From Dictyostelium discoideum (taxonomy: Eukaryota): a stretch of 64,000 nucleotides of DNA. The notes under the pieces were generated by a model that saw nothing but the letters and a program-made list of their open reading frames with translations, was not told the DNA's origin and did not search any database. Shown here piece after piece: positions 11,901 through 42,644 of the stretch. Every line of letters begins with the position of its first letter. Within the stretch, counting starts at the first letter, position 1. Made by a program: the position numbers and the translations under genes. The stretch is from assembly GCA_000004695.1 (NCBI GenBank), contig CM000151.3, forward strand, positions 6,720,001 to 6,784,000, read 5' to 3'.

Positions 11901-14900
11901 TGTAATATTATCAGTTGGTGGTCAAATTCCAAACAATTTAGCCATTCCATTATCACGTTGTAATGTTAAAGTTTTAGGTACTCATCCAGATATGATTGAT
12001 TCAGCTGAAAATCGTTATAAGTTCTCACGTCTTTTAGATACCATTGGAATTGATCAACCACTTTGGAAAGAATTAACAAGTGTTTCCGATACAAAAGATT
12101 TCTGTGAATCTGTTGGTTTCCCATGTTTAGTTCGTCCATCTTATGTACTCTCTGGTGCTGCTATGAATGTAGTTCACTCTTCACAAGATCTCGAAACATT
12201 CCTTACTGAAGCTGCTGCAGTTTCACGTGATCATCCAGTTGTCATTTCAAAATTCATTCAAGAAGCTAAAGAGATTGAAATTGATGCTGTCGCCGATAAT
12301 GGTCGTATTGTTTTATTCGCAATTAGTGAACATGTTGAAAATGCCGGTGTACACAGTGGTGATGCTACCATTGTTTGTCCAGCTCAAGATCTTGATGATG
12401 CCACCATCCTCAAGGTTGAAGAAACCGCTAGAAAGATCGCTGAAGCACTCAATGTCAGTGGTCCATTCAATATTCAATTCATTGCTAAAAACAATGAAAT
12501 CAAAGTTATCGAATGTAATTTACGTTGTTCACGTTCTTTCCCATTCGTTAGTAAAACATTAAATATCAATTTTATCGAATTAGCAACTAAAATCATCATT
12601 AAACATCAATATGATCTTCCAGTTGTAAATCCAATCAATTATGTTGGTGTCAAAGTACCACAATTCTCATTCATTCGTCTTAAAGGTGCAGATCCAGTTT
12701 TAGGTGTAGAAATGGCATCCACTGGTGAGGTAGCATGTTTTGGTAATACTCGTGAAGAAGCTTACGTCAAGGGTTTAATTTCTACTGGTTTCAAAGCACC
12801 AGAAAAAAATGTACTCCTTTCAATTGGTTCATTCAAAGAGAAACATGAATTCCTTCCATCAGCTCATAAATTAATTAAATTAGGTTATACCTTATTTGGT
12901 ACTCAAGGCACTGCCGATTTCTACAGTGAAAATGGTGTTCCAGTAACTCAACTCAATTGGGATGAAGAGGATTTAGGTGAAAATGTAATTCAAAAGAAAA
13001 TGACTGAAAATACAATTCATCTCTTCATTAATTTACCATCAAAGAATAAATATCGTCGTCCATCTTCATTCATGTCAAGAGGTTATTCATTACGTCGTGT
13101 TGCTATCGATTTCCAAGTACCACTCATTACCAACATCAAATGTGCTAAATTATTCGTCGATTCTTTATCCTACATGAAAGGTCCAATGCCAATTGAAAAT
13201 GTTGATTGGAGAACAAGTAATAAGATCATTCGTTTACCAGGTTTAGTTGATGTTCATGTTCATCTTAGAGAACCAGGTGCCACTCATAAAGAAGATTGGG
13301 ACAGTGGTACAGCAACTGCATTAGCTGGTGGTTTCACCATGGTTGGTGCTATGCCAAACACTAATCCAGCCATTATGGATGATGCATCATTTGAACTTTG
13401 TAAATCATTGGCAGCCTCAAAAGCACGTTGTGATTATGGTATTTTCATTGGTGCCACTTTTACCAATACAACAACCGCTGGTAAATTCGCATCCGATGCC
13501 ATGGGTATGAAAATGTATCTCGAAGAAACCTTTGCTCCACTTCCATTAAAAGATGATATCAACGTTTGGAGAGATCATATTATGAATTGGCCAGGTACAA
13601 CACCAATTTGTGTTCATGCTGATGGTAGAAATCTTGCAGCAATTCTCTTATTAGGTTGGATGTATGATAAACATATGCATGTTTGCCACGTTTCACATAA
13701 AGAAGAGATTGATATTATTCGTGATGCAAAGAAACGTGGTATGAAATTATCATGTGAAGTTTCACCACATCATTTAACCCTTTGTGATAAAGATATTCCA
13801 CGTATTGGTGCTGGTCAATCTGAAGTTCGTCCAAAACTTGGAACTGAAGAAGATTTGAATGCACTCTGGGACAATATCGATTACATTGATATGATTGCAA
13901 CCGATCATGCTCCACACACTTGGGAAGAGAAATGTAGCGCCAAACCACCACCAGGTTTCCCAGGTCTTGAAACTTCATTACCATTGATGTTAACTGCCGT
14001 CCATAATGGTAGAATCACCATTGAAGATTTGGTAATGAAAATGCACACAAATCCAATTCGTATTTTCAATCTTCCAGAACAACCAGATACTTACATTGAA
14101 GTTGATATGGAACAAGAATGGACCATTCCAAAGAAACCACTCTATTCAAGATGTGGTTGGACTCCATTCGAAGGTCTTCAAGTACGTGGTAAAGTTGTTA
14201 AAGTCGTACTTCGTGGTCAAATCGCTTTCATTGATGGTAAAATCATTGCACAAAAAGGTTTTGGTTTAAATTTACGTTCAAAAGAATATCAAGTTGAAAA
14301 AGAAAGATTACTCAATACTACCAAACCAATTTATGATAAAATCCCAACTGTTCAATCAACAAAGAATCAAACTACAAATATTACTTCACCATCATTAATT
14401 AGTGATTCACCAAATAAAGCCATCAATAAGATTAAATCTACTTCCACTTCTACAACTCCAAATACTCAAGAACAATCAACACAACATTTACCATTAGTTG
14501 GATCAAATCTTGCATCAGCTGTATTAAATAAAAAAGAAGATACACTCCAAACTGCTTTCAATATCTCAGATAATTCATTGGCAGGTAAACATATTTTCTC
14601 AGTTAAACAATTCAATAGAAAACAATTACATGCCTTATTTGGTATTGCTCATGAAATGAGAATTTTAGTTAAGAGATCAGGTGGTTCAGATTTATTGAAG
14701 GGTAAAGTTTTAGCTACTCTCTTCTATGAACCAAGTACTCGTACTCAATGTTCATTCACTGCTGCCATGCAAAGATTAGGTGGTTCAGTTGTCACTGTTG
14801 ATAATGTATCATCATCAGTTGCCAAAGGTGAATCAATCGCTGATACCATTCAAACTTTAGAATCCTATTGTGATGCAGTTTGTATGAGACATCCAGCTGT

Positions 14901-15498
14901 TGGTTCAGTTGAAAGTGCAATTCAAGTCGCCAAAAAACCAATCATTAACGCAGGTGATGGTGTTGGTGAACATCCAACTCAAGCTTTATTGGATGTTTTC
15001 ACAATTCGTGAAGAATTAGGTACCGTCAATGGTTTAACTATCACCGTTGTTGGTGATCTTAAACATGGCCGTACCGTTCATTCTTTGGTTCGTCTCTTAG
15101 CAAACTATCAAGTTAAAATCAATTATGTCTCACCATCTTCACTCTCAATGCCAACTGAAATCATCAAAGAACTCAATGAAAAAGGTATTGAACAAAAAGA
15201 ATATACAAATATCGAATCTATCCTTCCAACTACCAATGTACTATATGTAACTAGAGTTCAAAAAGAACGTTTCCAAAGTATTGAAGAATATGAAAAAGTT
15301 AAAGATTCTTTCATTATCACTCCACATACTCTCACTAAAGCTTCTGATAATATGATCGTTATGCATCCACTTCCAAGAATTAATGAAATTAGTCCAGAAG
15401 TTGATTCTGATCCACGTGCTGCTTACTTTAGACAAATGGAAAATGGTTTATATGTCCGTATGTCACTTTTAGCTCTTGTATTTGGTGCTGGTGTTTAA
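8694..15498 (+). CDS. pyr1-3: CAD multifunctional pyrimidine biosynthesis protein (GATase-CPSase large subunit-dihydroorotase-aspartate transcarbamoylase); 2 exons (8694..8808, 8936..15498), 2225 aa
   Basis: Exon 1 '[30 protein letters not shown]' joins '[20 protein letters not shown]' via a phase-1 GTAAGT intron, collinear with the CAD N-terminus. DHOase motif [15 protein letters not shown]; ATCase [13 protein letters not shown] near the C-terminus. The computed length equals that known for Dictyostelium PYR1-3. Confidence 0.9.
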
Positions 15499-15924
15499 AA
15501 TAAAAATTAAATAAATAAAAAAAAAAAAAATAAAAATATAAAAAAAAAAAATATAAAAAAAATTAAAAGATGTGTTCATTTTTATTTTTGTTAAGTTATC
15601 TAATCAAAACTTAGAATAGAAAAAAAAGGCGCATGGTTTAAAAATATCTTAAGATCAACCAATGAAAGATTAAAAAATCATGATTTTTCATATAAATTTT
15701 AAAATTAAAAAGATATTTTCTTTTTATTATTATGTTAAAATACTAAGAATTCTTTTTCTTATTTTTTTTTGAAAAAATCAGAATTATTCCTTTTTTTTTC
15801 TCAATTTTTTTTCTAATTTTTTTTTTTTTTTTTTAATTTACGTTTATTAAATTTTCTTCAACTGCAATCCTTTCCAAATCATAAACAAATAAATAAAAAA
15901 AATAGTGAAAAAATTTCCAATAAA

Positions 15925-22325
<6,401 letters not shown>

Positions 22326-22577
22326 ATATTGAATAAATAAATTAAAAAAAAAAAAAAAAAACTTTAACTTACTAGATTTTTAAAAAAAAGGCAAATAAAA
22401 ATAAATTTAATTAAATAAAAAATTTGATTGGTCTAAATAAATAAATAAAACCATTTATAATAATGTCAATAAAAAATAATAATATTCTTAATTTTAATCT
22501 GTATCTTTTTTTTTCTTCTCATAATGTTTTTTTTTTTTAAATTTTTTTTTATTTTTTGAATCCTATATATTGATAAA

Positions 22578-23421
22578 TTATTCTCTCGTTGATAATACAA
22601 ATACAGCTAAAACGAAAACCAAAAAGAATTTTAATTGTGGATAGTCGTGCATTACAATTGTTACCATACCAACTGATGGAAGGAAACCTTTAGCTCTACC
22701 AATGATATGATCTCTGCTTAACCATCTTTGACCTGGTGAATATAAACCAACATCATCAACATTGTTATTATCACCTTTAGTTCTAATATCATATAAACCA
22801 TCTTCTTTTTCATGTATTTGTAATATTCTATGAACGATTGGTATCTCTTTACCTTCAATTTTAAATACAACAATTTCACCAACTCTAAATGGTCCATCTT
22901 CCATATTTAAATATAAAAGATCGCCTCTAAAAAATGCTGGAATCATACTTCCACTATTATTTTAAAAATATTATTATTAATCATCAGTTTCATTAATAAT
23001 AATAATAATTATTATTATTATTTATTATTTATTATTTATTATTTATTATTTATTATTTATTATTTATTATTTATTATTATTATTTATTTGCACCATGATT
23101 TATAAGATTATCTACATTATTGAGATAATAATAATGGTGATGATGAAGATGTTGATAATATTTATAATAATGAATGATTACCTTAAAACTACAACAATTG
23201 GACTTTCACTTCCACTGAAAATCATTAAACCTTTCCATATCATTAAAGCTGTTGCTACAATCAATCCAAAATTTACAATTTGTTGTGCAATCTTAAGTTA
23301 AATAAATGATTAGAGAAAGATTTTTGGTAAAAAAAAAAAATTAAATTAAATATTTTATTTTACATACTTGGTGTTTTGGAATGCTGCTAAAAGGATTGAT
23401 TTTTGATATTATATCGTTCAT
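22578..23421 (-). CDS. sec11: Signal peptidase complex catalytic subunit SEC11 (SPC18/21 family); 3 exons on the minus strand (23421..23368, 23291..23182, 22953..22578), 179 aa
   Basis: Spliced protein [18 protein letters not shown]|[37 protein letters not shown]|[15 protein letters not shown]...PIVHRIL..KGDNN..D is collinear with human SEC11A (Ser-Lys dyad motifs SGSMEP, GDLL). GTATGT and GTAATC donors, AG acceptors, consistent phases. Length equals human SEC11A (179 aa). Confidence 0.85.
22995..23090. repeat. (ATTTATT)n heptamer microsatellite inside sec11 intron 2
   Basis: Direct reading of ~12 tandem attatt(t) units. Confidence 0.7.
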
Positions 23422-23499
23422 TTTTTTTTGGTTTTTTTCTTTTTTTTTTTAATAAGATTTCTATTTATATTGAACACAAACTTTAATTTAACAAATGAA

Positions 23500-23548
<49 letters not shown>

Positions 23549-23559
23549 TGATTTGTCTT

Positions 23560-23596
<37 letters not shown>

Positions 23597-25194
23597 AAAA
23601 ATTTAACATTAAAATCTATTTTTTTTTTTCTTTTTATTAAAGAACCTTTTTGATATAATTTATTATCCTTTATTTAAACAAATATTTTATTATTTTATTT
23701 TATCTTTGAAAAAAAAGGGTAAAATTTTCATTATGGGGTTTAAAATTTTTTTTTTTTTTTAATTTGAAAAGTTATTTTTAGAACAATAATAATTTAGAGT
23801 ATTTAAAAAACATTAAAATCGATATGTGTATTTGATGGTTATTAATAAATGTTATGTTGAAATAACATTCTAAAAAAAAAGAAGGTTATCCAATGGTGAA
23901 AGTATGAGGGTATCCACAGAATTAAAATAGTTTCTATATTGTAAATGTACAATAGGAGGAATTACACAAAAAGCAAGAGTATACTGCAGAATAGTTGAAT
24001 CTTTTTGAAACATCATTTTTTATCATTTGACTAGAAATTGAATTAATTGGCCAATGCATCTTCAATTTATAAATCCAATTCTGAAGTCTTGGCTTTATAT
24101 ATTGAAGTATTTTCTTCATTATTTTAAAAAATAATACTTGGCACTTTCTTAATCAGTTCTCTTTCTGTTTCCAAAAAACAGTGACCAAAAAAACAATACC
24201 AATTTTTTTTTTTTTATTTTTTATGAAAAAGCTGGAAATTTTTAGGCATGTTTGAGACTCAGAAAATTTATGTACCAGAACATCTAGCTCATTCAATATT
24301 AATTATAATTATAAATATAAATAATACAAAAAATACTTTAATAAAAATAAATAAAAATAGGACTCCCAAATTTGGGTGGAGGTTAAAAAAAAATTAATAT
24401 TAAATTTTATTTAATTTTTTTTTAACAATAAAAAAAAAAAACTTAAAATTATGAGTATGTCCTGTTGGACTTTTTTTTTTTAAAGTTTTAAAAAAAAGAA
24501 AAAAAGAAAAAAAAAAAAAAAAAAGGAAATAAACCTTATAATTTTAAAAAGAATATAGCTTAAAATAAATTAAAAAAAATAAATAAATAAAAAGTTAATA
24601 TTTAATTAAAACAAATGATTATCACATGATTTTTTAAGTGAAAAACACTATTCAAGGAATGTTAATATCAATATTAATAATAATTATTTTTTATTAATAT
24701 TTTCGATATATATCGAAACTAACCCCCTACTCAAATTTTTAAAAATTTTATTTTTATTTTTTTTAAATTCTTATTTTTATTTAAATTTATTTTTTTTTTT
24801 AATTTATTTTAATTTTAATTTATTTTTTTTTTATTTTAATTTTTTTTTCTCACATTTTTTTTTTTTCCATACTAATTAAATTTTTTTTTTTTATTTTTTT
24901 ATTTTTTTTTTTTTTTTATTATTTATTTAAAAAACAAATAATAAATTAATAAATAATATTTACACCAAACAATAACCAAACGTCGAAAACGAAAAATCAA
25001 TTTCAAAAAAAAATAATAATAATTGTTAAATAATTTTATAATATTAATTTTATTTTATTTTTATTTAATTTTTTAATTTGTATTATTAAAGTCACACATA
25101 TTAAAAAAAAAAAAAAACAAACAAGAAAAAAAAAAAAAAAAAAAAAATCGTCTTATTAAAATAATTTTTCAATTGTAAATATAAACCATAAAAA

Positions 25195-25484
25195 ATGTCA
25201 TCAAACCATGATTTTGATATTGAAGAAAAGATAGCTTCATTGATTTTAGCATTTAGTCATAAAAGAGAAGTGATTTTAGAAGTTTTAAAAAGAAATAACT
25301 ATGGAATTGATGCATCGGCTTTGGAATTATCTGAAATGCCAGTAGTAGAACAACCACCATCACACCAACCACCACAATTTAGACAATCAAATAATAATAA
25401 TAATAATAATTATCCATCAAATAGACAAATTCCACAACAACCACCACCACAATATCAACAATATCATCAACAACAAAAACCACC

Positions 25485-25530
<46 letters not shown>

Positions 25531-25547
25531 CCACAACAACAACAACC

Positions 25548-25578
<31 letters not shown>

Positions 25579-27564
25579 GATAAAGAAAGAAGTGAATTAA
25601 TAAAAGATATTGAAAATTTAATTGGAAATAATAGTTTAGATCAATCTACAATTTATGCAGTTTATCAACAATCTAATAAATCAATTGATCAAACCATTAA
25701 AACTATTAAAGAATTAACATTTGATCCAAATGAAGAACTTAAAAAGATTGAAGCTGAAATTGAAATGAGAAAGAAAGAAGAGGAAGCAATGCTTGAAGCA
25801 AAGAAACAAAAAGAAAAACAAGAACAATTGAAGCTTACTGAACAACAACGTATTGAACGTGAACAAAAACAACGTATGGAACGTGCTGAACGTGAACAAC
25901 AACAACGTCTTCGTGAAGAATATGAAAGAAGATTAAATATGGAACTTCAAAAGAAATTGGAAATCGAGAGACAAGAACAAGAATTGACCAGAAGAAAACA
26001 ATTGGAACTTGAACAAATTATGATCCTCAAGAAACAAGAAGAGGCAGGACTCCGTATTCTTCAAGAACAAAGAGAACATCAAGAAAAAGTTCGTCTTGCT
26101 AAAGAGAAAGAGGAGGAATTAAAAAAAAGAACTATGGAAGAAGAAGCAAGGAGATCGGCAATTCGTGCACAAGAAATTGCAAGAATGTCTAAACAACAAC
26201 AACTCGAAGAGGAAGCCAAACGTTTGGAACAACAAAAGAGACAAGAAGCAGAGTTTATACTTGCATTGGAAACCAAATCCAAAGAGGCCAACCTTATGCA
26301 ACAACAAGCCTTTTTCTTAAAACAAAAAGAACAAGAGAATCTCCAATTGATTGAAAAACAAAAGAAAGAGATCTATGAAAATCAAATTCAAATTGATATT
26401 TTGAAACTAAAAGAAATGGAATCTCAAAATCAAAGCAAATCAATGTTGGAGAAAGCTCAACAAGAAATTCAAGACCTCAAGAAGAGATTGGCTGATGGTG
26501 AAACCAAATTCAATCAAGAAACCGTAAAGAAAACCTCTGATGAAGAAGAGCTCAAAAAACAAATTCAAGAACTTGAGCAACAAAAAGATGTACTTCGCAA
26601 ACAAATTCAAGAACTTGAGGTTGTTCAAAAACCAAGATTGGAGCAATTGGAACAAGAATTGAAAAATAAAGAATTGGAACTTCATAACACCATCATCTCT
26701 AATCAAGTCTCTTTGGCTTCAAGTCTCGAAGAAAACTCCACCGATACCATTGTTGTTCATTGGAATTTGGAAAATAAATTTGAAGATGGTACTCCATATT
26801 GGATTGGTGTTTTCCCAACTCACCAACCAAAGAATGATCGTTATCTCTCCTTCAAACACATAGAAGGTAAAGAGGGTTTGGTTAGTTTCCCATCCATTAT
26901 TCCAGGTCATTATGAAGCTCGTCTCTTTAAGGATAAATATACTCTTATTCAAAAGTCTAGCTCCATTCAAGTTGGTCCATCCGTTACTTTATCAGCTCAT
27001 GTAATTGGTGATGAAATCTCTGTCACCTATAAAGTAAACTCTGAAACTGGTGCCAACACTAAAGATTGGATCGGTATTTATCATCCAATTCAACGTAATA
27101 AACATTACATTGAGTCATTGTATGCTTCAACCTCTGGTACCATCACTTTCAAATCACCAAGAATACCAGGTCTCTATGAGATTCGTTACTTTTTACATCC
27201 AACCAAATATAATGAACAAGCAAAGATCTCATTTGAAATCATTGATAACGATAAGATTCAAGTCCTTAGTGAAAGTCAATCTTGTCTTACCCTCTCACCA
27301 GATCAAGAGTTTAGAGTTGAATATGTTGTAAACACAACCGCTCCTTCCTCTTCCGATTGGGTTGGTATTTTCCCTGTTGATGAAATTAATAACAAACATT
27401 ACATTCATTCCAAATATACAACTTCCGCTGCATCTGGTGAATTAACCTTTAGAGCTCCACTTAAGACTGGTGATTATGAAGCAAGATTCTTTTCTTATGC
27501 AAAAGGAAAATATATTGCTCACAAGGTTTCAAATAAATTCTCTGTGTTTCCTCAATCAAATTAA
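25195..27564 (+). CDS. Coiled-coil protein with a UBA/CUE-like N-terminal helix bundle, a poly-Gln tract, a long ERM/myosin-like charged coiled coil, and three C-terminal SKICH-like repeats (signature DW[IV]G[IV][FY]); 789 aa
   Basis: Single ORF. Three ~95-aa repeats each contain 'YWIGVFP', 'DWIGIYHP' or 'DWVGIFPV' followed by 'G.YEARFF', resembling the SKICH domain of CALCOCO/NDP52/TAX1BP1 (DWIGIF..YYTF). Confidence 0.55.
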
Positions 27565-28128
27565 ATAAAATTTAATGTGTGTGTGTTTTAAATAAAATAA
27601 AAAAAAAAAATTAAAAAAATTAAAATTAAAATTTTAATATATTTATAAGTAAATTATTTTATTAACTATTTCTATTTATTATTTTTATTTTCATTTTTTT
27701 ATTTTCATTTTCTATTTTTATTTTATTTTTATTTTTATTTTTTTATTTTTATTTTTTTTTATTTTTATCTTTTTTATTTTTATCTTTTTTTTTTTTTTTT
27801 GAGAGGAATAATAAACTTAGATATAGGAGTTTTCTCCTAATTTCTTTTTCATTATTTTATTTATTTATTTTATTTTATTTTATTTTATTTTTAATGTTAA
27901 AAAAAAAACATGATTCAATTTTCAATCGCATCATCCTTATTAGTATAAATTTTAAGATTTTAAGTTATTAAAAAAAAAAAAAATATCTTAAAAAAAAAAA
28001 AAAAAAAAAAAAATTTAAAAAAAAAAAAGGAAAAAAAAAAAAAAATGAAAAAATTAAAAAAAAAAATCAAAAATTAAAAAAAAAAAAAAAAACAAACCCC
28101 ACACAAATTTTTTTTTAAAACACATCAT

Positions 28129-28142
28129 TTAATAATAATAAT

Positions 28143-28212
<70 letters not shown>

Positions 28213-28231
28213 TAATAAATAATAAAAATAA

Positions 28232-28283
<52 letters not shown>
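28129..28283. repeat. (AAT)n microsatellite, intergenic
   Basis: Direct reading. Confidence 0.8.
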
Positions 28284-28284
<1 letters not shown>

Positions 28285-28687
28285 GCATAATTTAAAAAAT
28301 AAAAATAAAATAATTAAAAAAAAAATTTCAAAGATCTTTAAATGTGTTTGAAAATTATATATTAATTAACTTTTTTTTTTTTTTTTTTTTTTCAAAATAT
28401 TTACTTATAAATATATATATTAATATATTATTTAGATTAGTATTTAAAAATACTAGTATAAGGAAATAACATAAACAGGTTTTTTGTTATTATTTTTTTT
28501 TATTTTTTATTTTTGTAAATAGTGATAATAATAATAATTAGTAATAAAAAAAAAAAAAATAAAAAAATAAGGAGATAAAAAAAAAAAAAAAAAATAATAA
28601 GGAGATAAAAAAATAAAAAAATAAGGAGATAAAAAAAAAAAAAATAAAAAAAAAAAAAAAAGTTAAAGAAATAGGGAAACACTAATT

Positions 28688-28867
<180 letters not shown>

Positions 28868-28877
28868 GTTATTAAAA

Positions 28878-39543
<10,666 letters not shown>

Positions 39544-40042
39544 ATGAAATAAAATTAAAATTAAATAAATTTTCTATTATAAAAAAAAAATATATTTTTA
39601 ATGTTTTAACAAATTTTTTCAATTTTATAAAATCACAATCTTTAAATGGACTAAAACCTTTTCAATTATGTTGTTGGGAGCTCATATCACTATTATTTTT
39701 TATTTGATTATTTTTTCAAAAGAATTTTATAATTGTTATAAATAATTTATATTTATAAAAGTCTCTTTATTAAAAATTATTTTTATTATTTTAAATATAT
39801 TAATATATTACTATTATTTAAAATAGGTTAATATTTTACCTAAATAATTATTATTTTTATTATTTTAATCCAGATTTATTTTAAGTTTTTCTGAATGTTA
39901 TGAGAAGTGGTAAAAAGAAAAAAAAATTAAATTTTGTTATTTTAATCATAAGAGATTTTTGGAAAAAAAAAAAAAAACAATGTCCTATTTTTAGTTTCTA
40001 AACACCCCTTTTTTTTTTCAACTTCACACACAATCAGTTAAT

Positions 40043-40079
<37 letters not shown>

Positions 40080-40196
40080 TAATAAAAAAAAAAATTAATT
40101 AAAAATTTTAATTATTAATTAATAATAAAAAAATAAATATATATTAATAAACAGTTTTAAAATTGTGTTTATAAATAAAATTTAAATTTTAAAAAA

Positions 40197-41306
40197 ATGA
40201 AAGTAATATTTTTATTAATATTATTAATTTTATTAAAAATTGTTAAAAGTTATGAATGTAATTGTATATTAAAAGAATATTGTAAACCATTAGAAGTTGG
40301 TGAGAGAATAGAATTTATTGGATTTTCATTTAATTCAACAGGAAATTATTTGAATTATGATTATTATTCAGTTACAACTATTGCAATTTCATATCAATCT
40401 AATTACGATATACCAGAAGAATTAGTTTGTAAATCACATGAAAATAGAGTAAGATTAGTTTGGTCTGCAATTATTTCAAATAATCAAATATCAAATGAAA
40501 CCTATAGAAATCAATTTATTGATTCCATTGTTGAGACAATTCAAAAGGAAAATATGGATGGAGTAATATATGAATTAGATAATCCAAATGATTTAACCAT
40601 TGAAAATAGTGATTACTTTACAGAAATAATTAAAAAAACATATCAAAAATTGAAATTGATCAATTGGAATTATCAAATTTCTGCAAAATTTCCATTTTCA
40701 CCAAATATTGATTTTTCGTATAATTACCCTGAAATTTCATATTACAGTGATTATTTAGTTATAATGGATTATAATATTGGTAGTAGAGTTTCAAATGATG
40801 GTAACTATTGTTTAGCAGGCTCAAATTCACCAAATCCTTTGATTGAGCAAGGTGTTCACAATTTCACATCAATGGGTATTCCTGGTGAAAGATTGGTTTT
40901 AACATATCCATGGTTTGGTTTAGATTTTATTTGTTTCAATGGTAATTTATCAAGTGTAGATTGTTTAGTTACTAAAAGTGAAAATGTTAGTTGTAATGAT
41001 ATCAATTCAATTTCAAATCAAATAAGTTATGGTGAAATATTAAAGATTCTAAATGATGATAACATTATAAATGGTGGAATAAATTGGAATTCTCAAAGTA
41101 AATCAGTATTTTTCAATTATTATGATAAACAAGGTATCCTTCACCAAATTCATTTTGATAATCCAAAATCACTCTTTATAAAAGTATTTTTAACAAAAAG
41201 ATTAAAAGCAAAAGGTATTGCTGCTCAAAGCATGGATAATTTGGATTTTAATGATTTAGTAAATTCATATAATATGTTTGATACAATGGCTTATTTTTTC
41301 ATGTAA
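40197..41306 (+). CDS. Secreted glycoside-hydrolase-family-18-like (chitinase-like / CHID1-like) protein, 369 aa
   Basis: N-terminal signal peptide MKVIFLLILLILLKIVKS. 'MDGVIYELDNP' resembles the GH18 / CHID1 catalytic-region motif (DG[FI]..E). Single ORF. The family assignment is tentative. Confidence 0.4.
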   Translation: MKVIFLLILLILLKIVKSYECNCILKEYCKPLEVGERIEFIGFSFNSTGNYLNYDYYSVTTIAISYQSNYDIPEELVCKSHENRVRLVWSAIISNNQISNETYRNQFIDSIVETIQKENMDGVIYELDNPNDLTIENSDYFTEIIKKTYQKLKLINWNYQISAKFPFSPNIDFSYNYPEISYYSDYLVIMDYNIGSRVSNDGNYCLAGSNSPNPLIEQGVHNFTSMGIPGERLVLTYPWFGLDFICFNGNLSSVDCLVTKSENVSCNDINSISNQISYGEILKILNDDNIINGGINWNSQSKSVFFNYYDKQGILHQIHFDNPKSLFIKVFLTKRLKAKGIAAQSMDNLDFNDLVNSYNMFDTMAYFFM

Positions 41307-41549
41307 AATTTAATAAAATAAAATTAAAATTTTTTTTTTTTTTTTTTCCACATAATATATCGTTGAATAATACATTTAATTGATTATCAATTAAATTTAC
41401 AATTTAATTTATAATGGAATAAAATTTTAATTTTAATTTAATTTTTCCTGATAATTTCTATTTTTTTTTTTTTTTTTTTTTTTCAGACCCACTCTTTTTC
41501 TGAATCATTTTTTTTTTTTTTTCCATCTATACTATTTTTCAAATCAAAA

Positions 41550-42644
41550 ATGGAATTAAAATCATTTACATTTAAAGTTTCAAATGTTAAAAAATCAAAT
41601 ATTGAAATAAAAGATTTAGATATATTTGATATAGTTAATCCAAAAGAAAATGAATTTATTCCACTTGCAGAAAGAAAACAAACACTTAGCTTTAATGATA
41701 AACCTCAAGAAAAAAGGATTGTAAAATCATCATTTACAAAACAATCTAAATATATTGGAATTAATTCATTTATAGTATCTGCAATAAAAGCATATTCACA
41801 TCATCATCACTTAGTGATAAGAGTTGATGATATATGGATGGCAATATTAAATCAATTTTCAATTTATGTTAATTCAAATGCAGAGATATTAAGAGAAAAG
41901 TTTGTTGATTTCAATGGAAAGAAAACATTGACAGTGACTAGTAATGTTCCAATTTTAAGTGCACCCCTTGATCAATTAACAATTCAAATGGCTGAAAATA
42001 TAAAATCAAATATTATTGATCCATCCATTAGAGATTTGATTATTGGTGATTTTAGTACAACTACAGAAAATGATCGAGTTGTATATTCTGCATCATTAAT
42101 GTCAACTTTTAAAAGTTATTTTGATTATAGGTATATGACATTTTGTGGTTTACCAAGTGTTACATTGCAAGGATCAACTGAAGATTGGTTAAATTTAAAA
42201 CAAAGAATTGAAAGATTAATTGATTTTGAAATTGATAGTAGTAGTAAGACAGGTGAAATGAAAGAATGGGTTAGTATGTTACATCCAATAATAGATCAAT
42301 TCATTTCCACTTCAATGGGTAAACCAAATATTGAATGGTGGAATCAGATCGCTGATAAAAAACAATCATCTGGTAGTGTAAATTTAACTGGTTGGATCAC
42401 TGTATTTTGTGTATATGATAAAAATGGTAAATGGATTGGTAAAAAAGACACAACAAATTCACAATGGTTAAGAATAAACTTTGATTCCATCCCATTAGGT
42501 TATCTATCAACTCCAATAACTTTAATAGATTTTGATAGACAAGAATATAAATGTGATCTATTATCTGGTCATATGGCAATTAATATTGATTTAAATGATC
42601 AAACAATTTTAAAACCATCATTAGATTGGGTAATTATTAATTAA
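41550..42644 (+). CDS. Hypothetical protein, 364 aa (no confidently recognised domain)
   Basis: Single uninterrupted ORF with normal Dictyostelium composition, flanked by A/T-rich spacers. Confidence 0.4.
   Translation: MELKSFTFKVSNVKKSNIEIKDLDIFDIVNPKENEFIPLAERKQTLSFNDKPQEKRIVKSSFTKQSKYIGINSFIVSAIKAYSHHHHLVIRVDDIWMAILNQFSIYVNSNAEILREKFVDFNGKKTLTVTSNVPILSAPLDQLTIQMAENIKSNIIDPSIRDLIIGDFSTTTENDRVVYSASLMSTFKSYFDYRYMTFCGLPSVTLQGSTEDWLNLKQRIERLIDFEIDSSSKTGEMKEWVSMLHPIIDQFISTSMGKPNIEWWNQIADKKQSSGSVNLTGWITVFCVYDKNGKWIGKKDTTNSQWLRINFDSIPLGYLSTPITLIDFDRQEYKCDLLSGHMAINIDLNDQTILKPSLDWVIIN

Noticed and set aside
12227-12562. Short alternative-frame ORFs inside pyr1-3 and myosin: 9096..9374-, 9482..9664+, 12227..12562+, 13328..13510+, 13715..13984-, 33437..33643+, 37733..37972+.
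   Set aside because: They are fully nested in long conserved CDS in other frames and have no homology or signals.
23934-24119. 61-aa minus-strand ORF in the sec11-to-25195 intergenic region.
   Set aside because: No start context, no homology, A/T-rich spacer. Most likely random.
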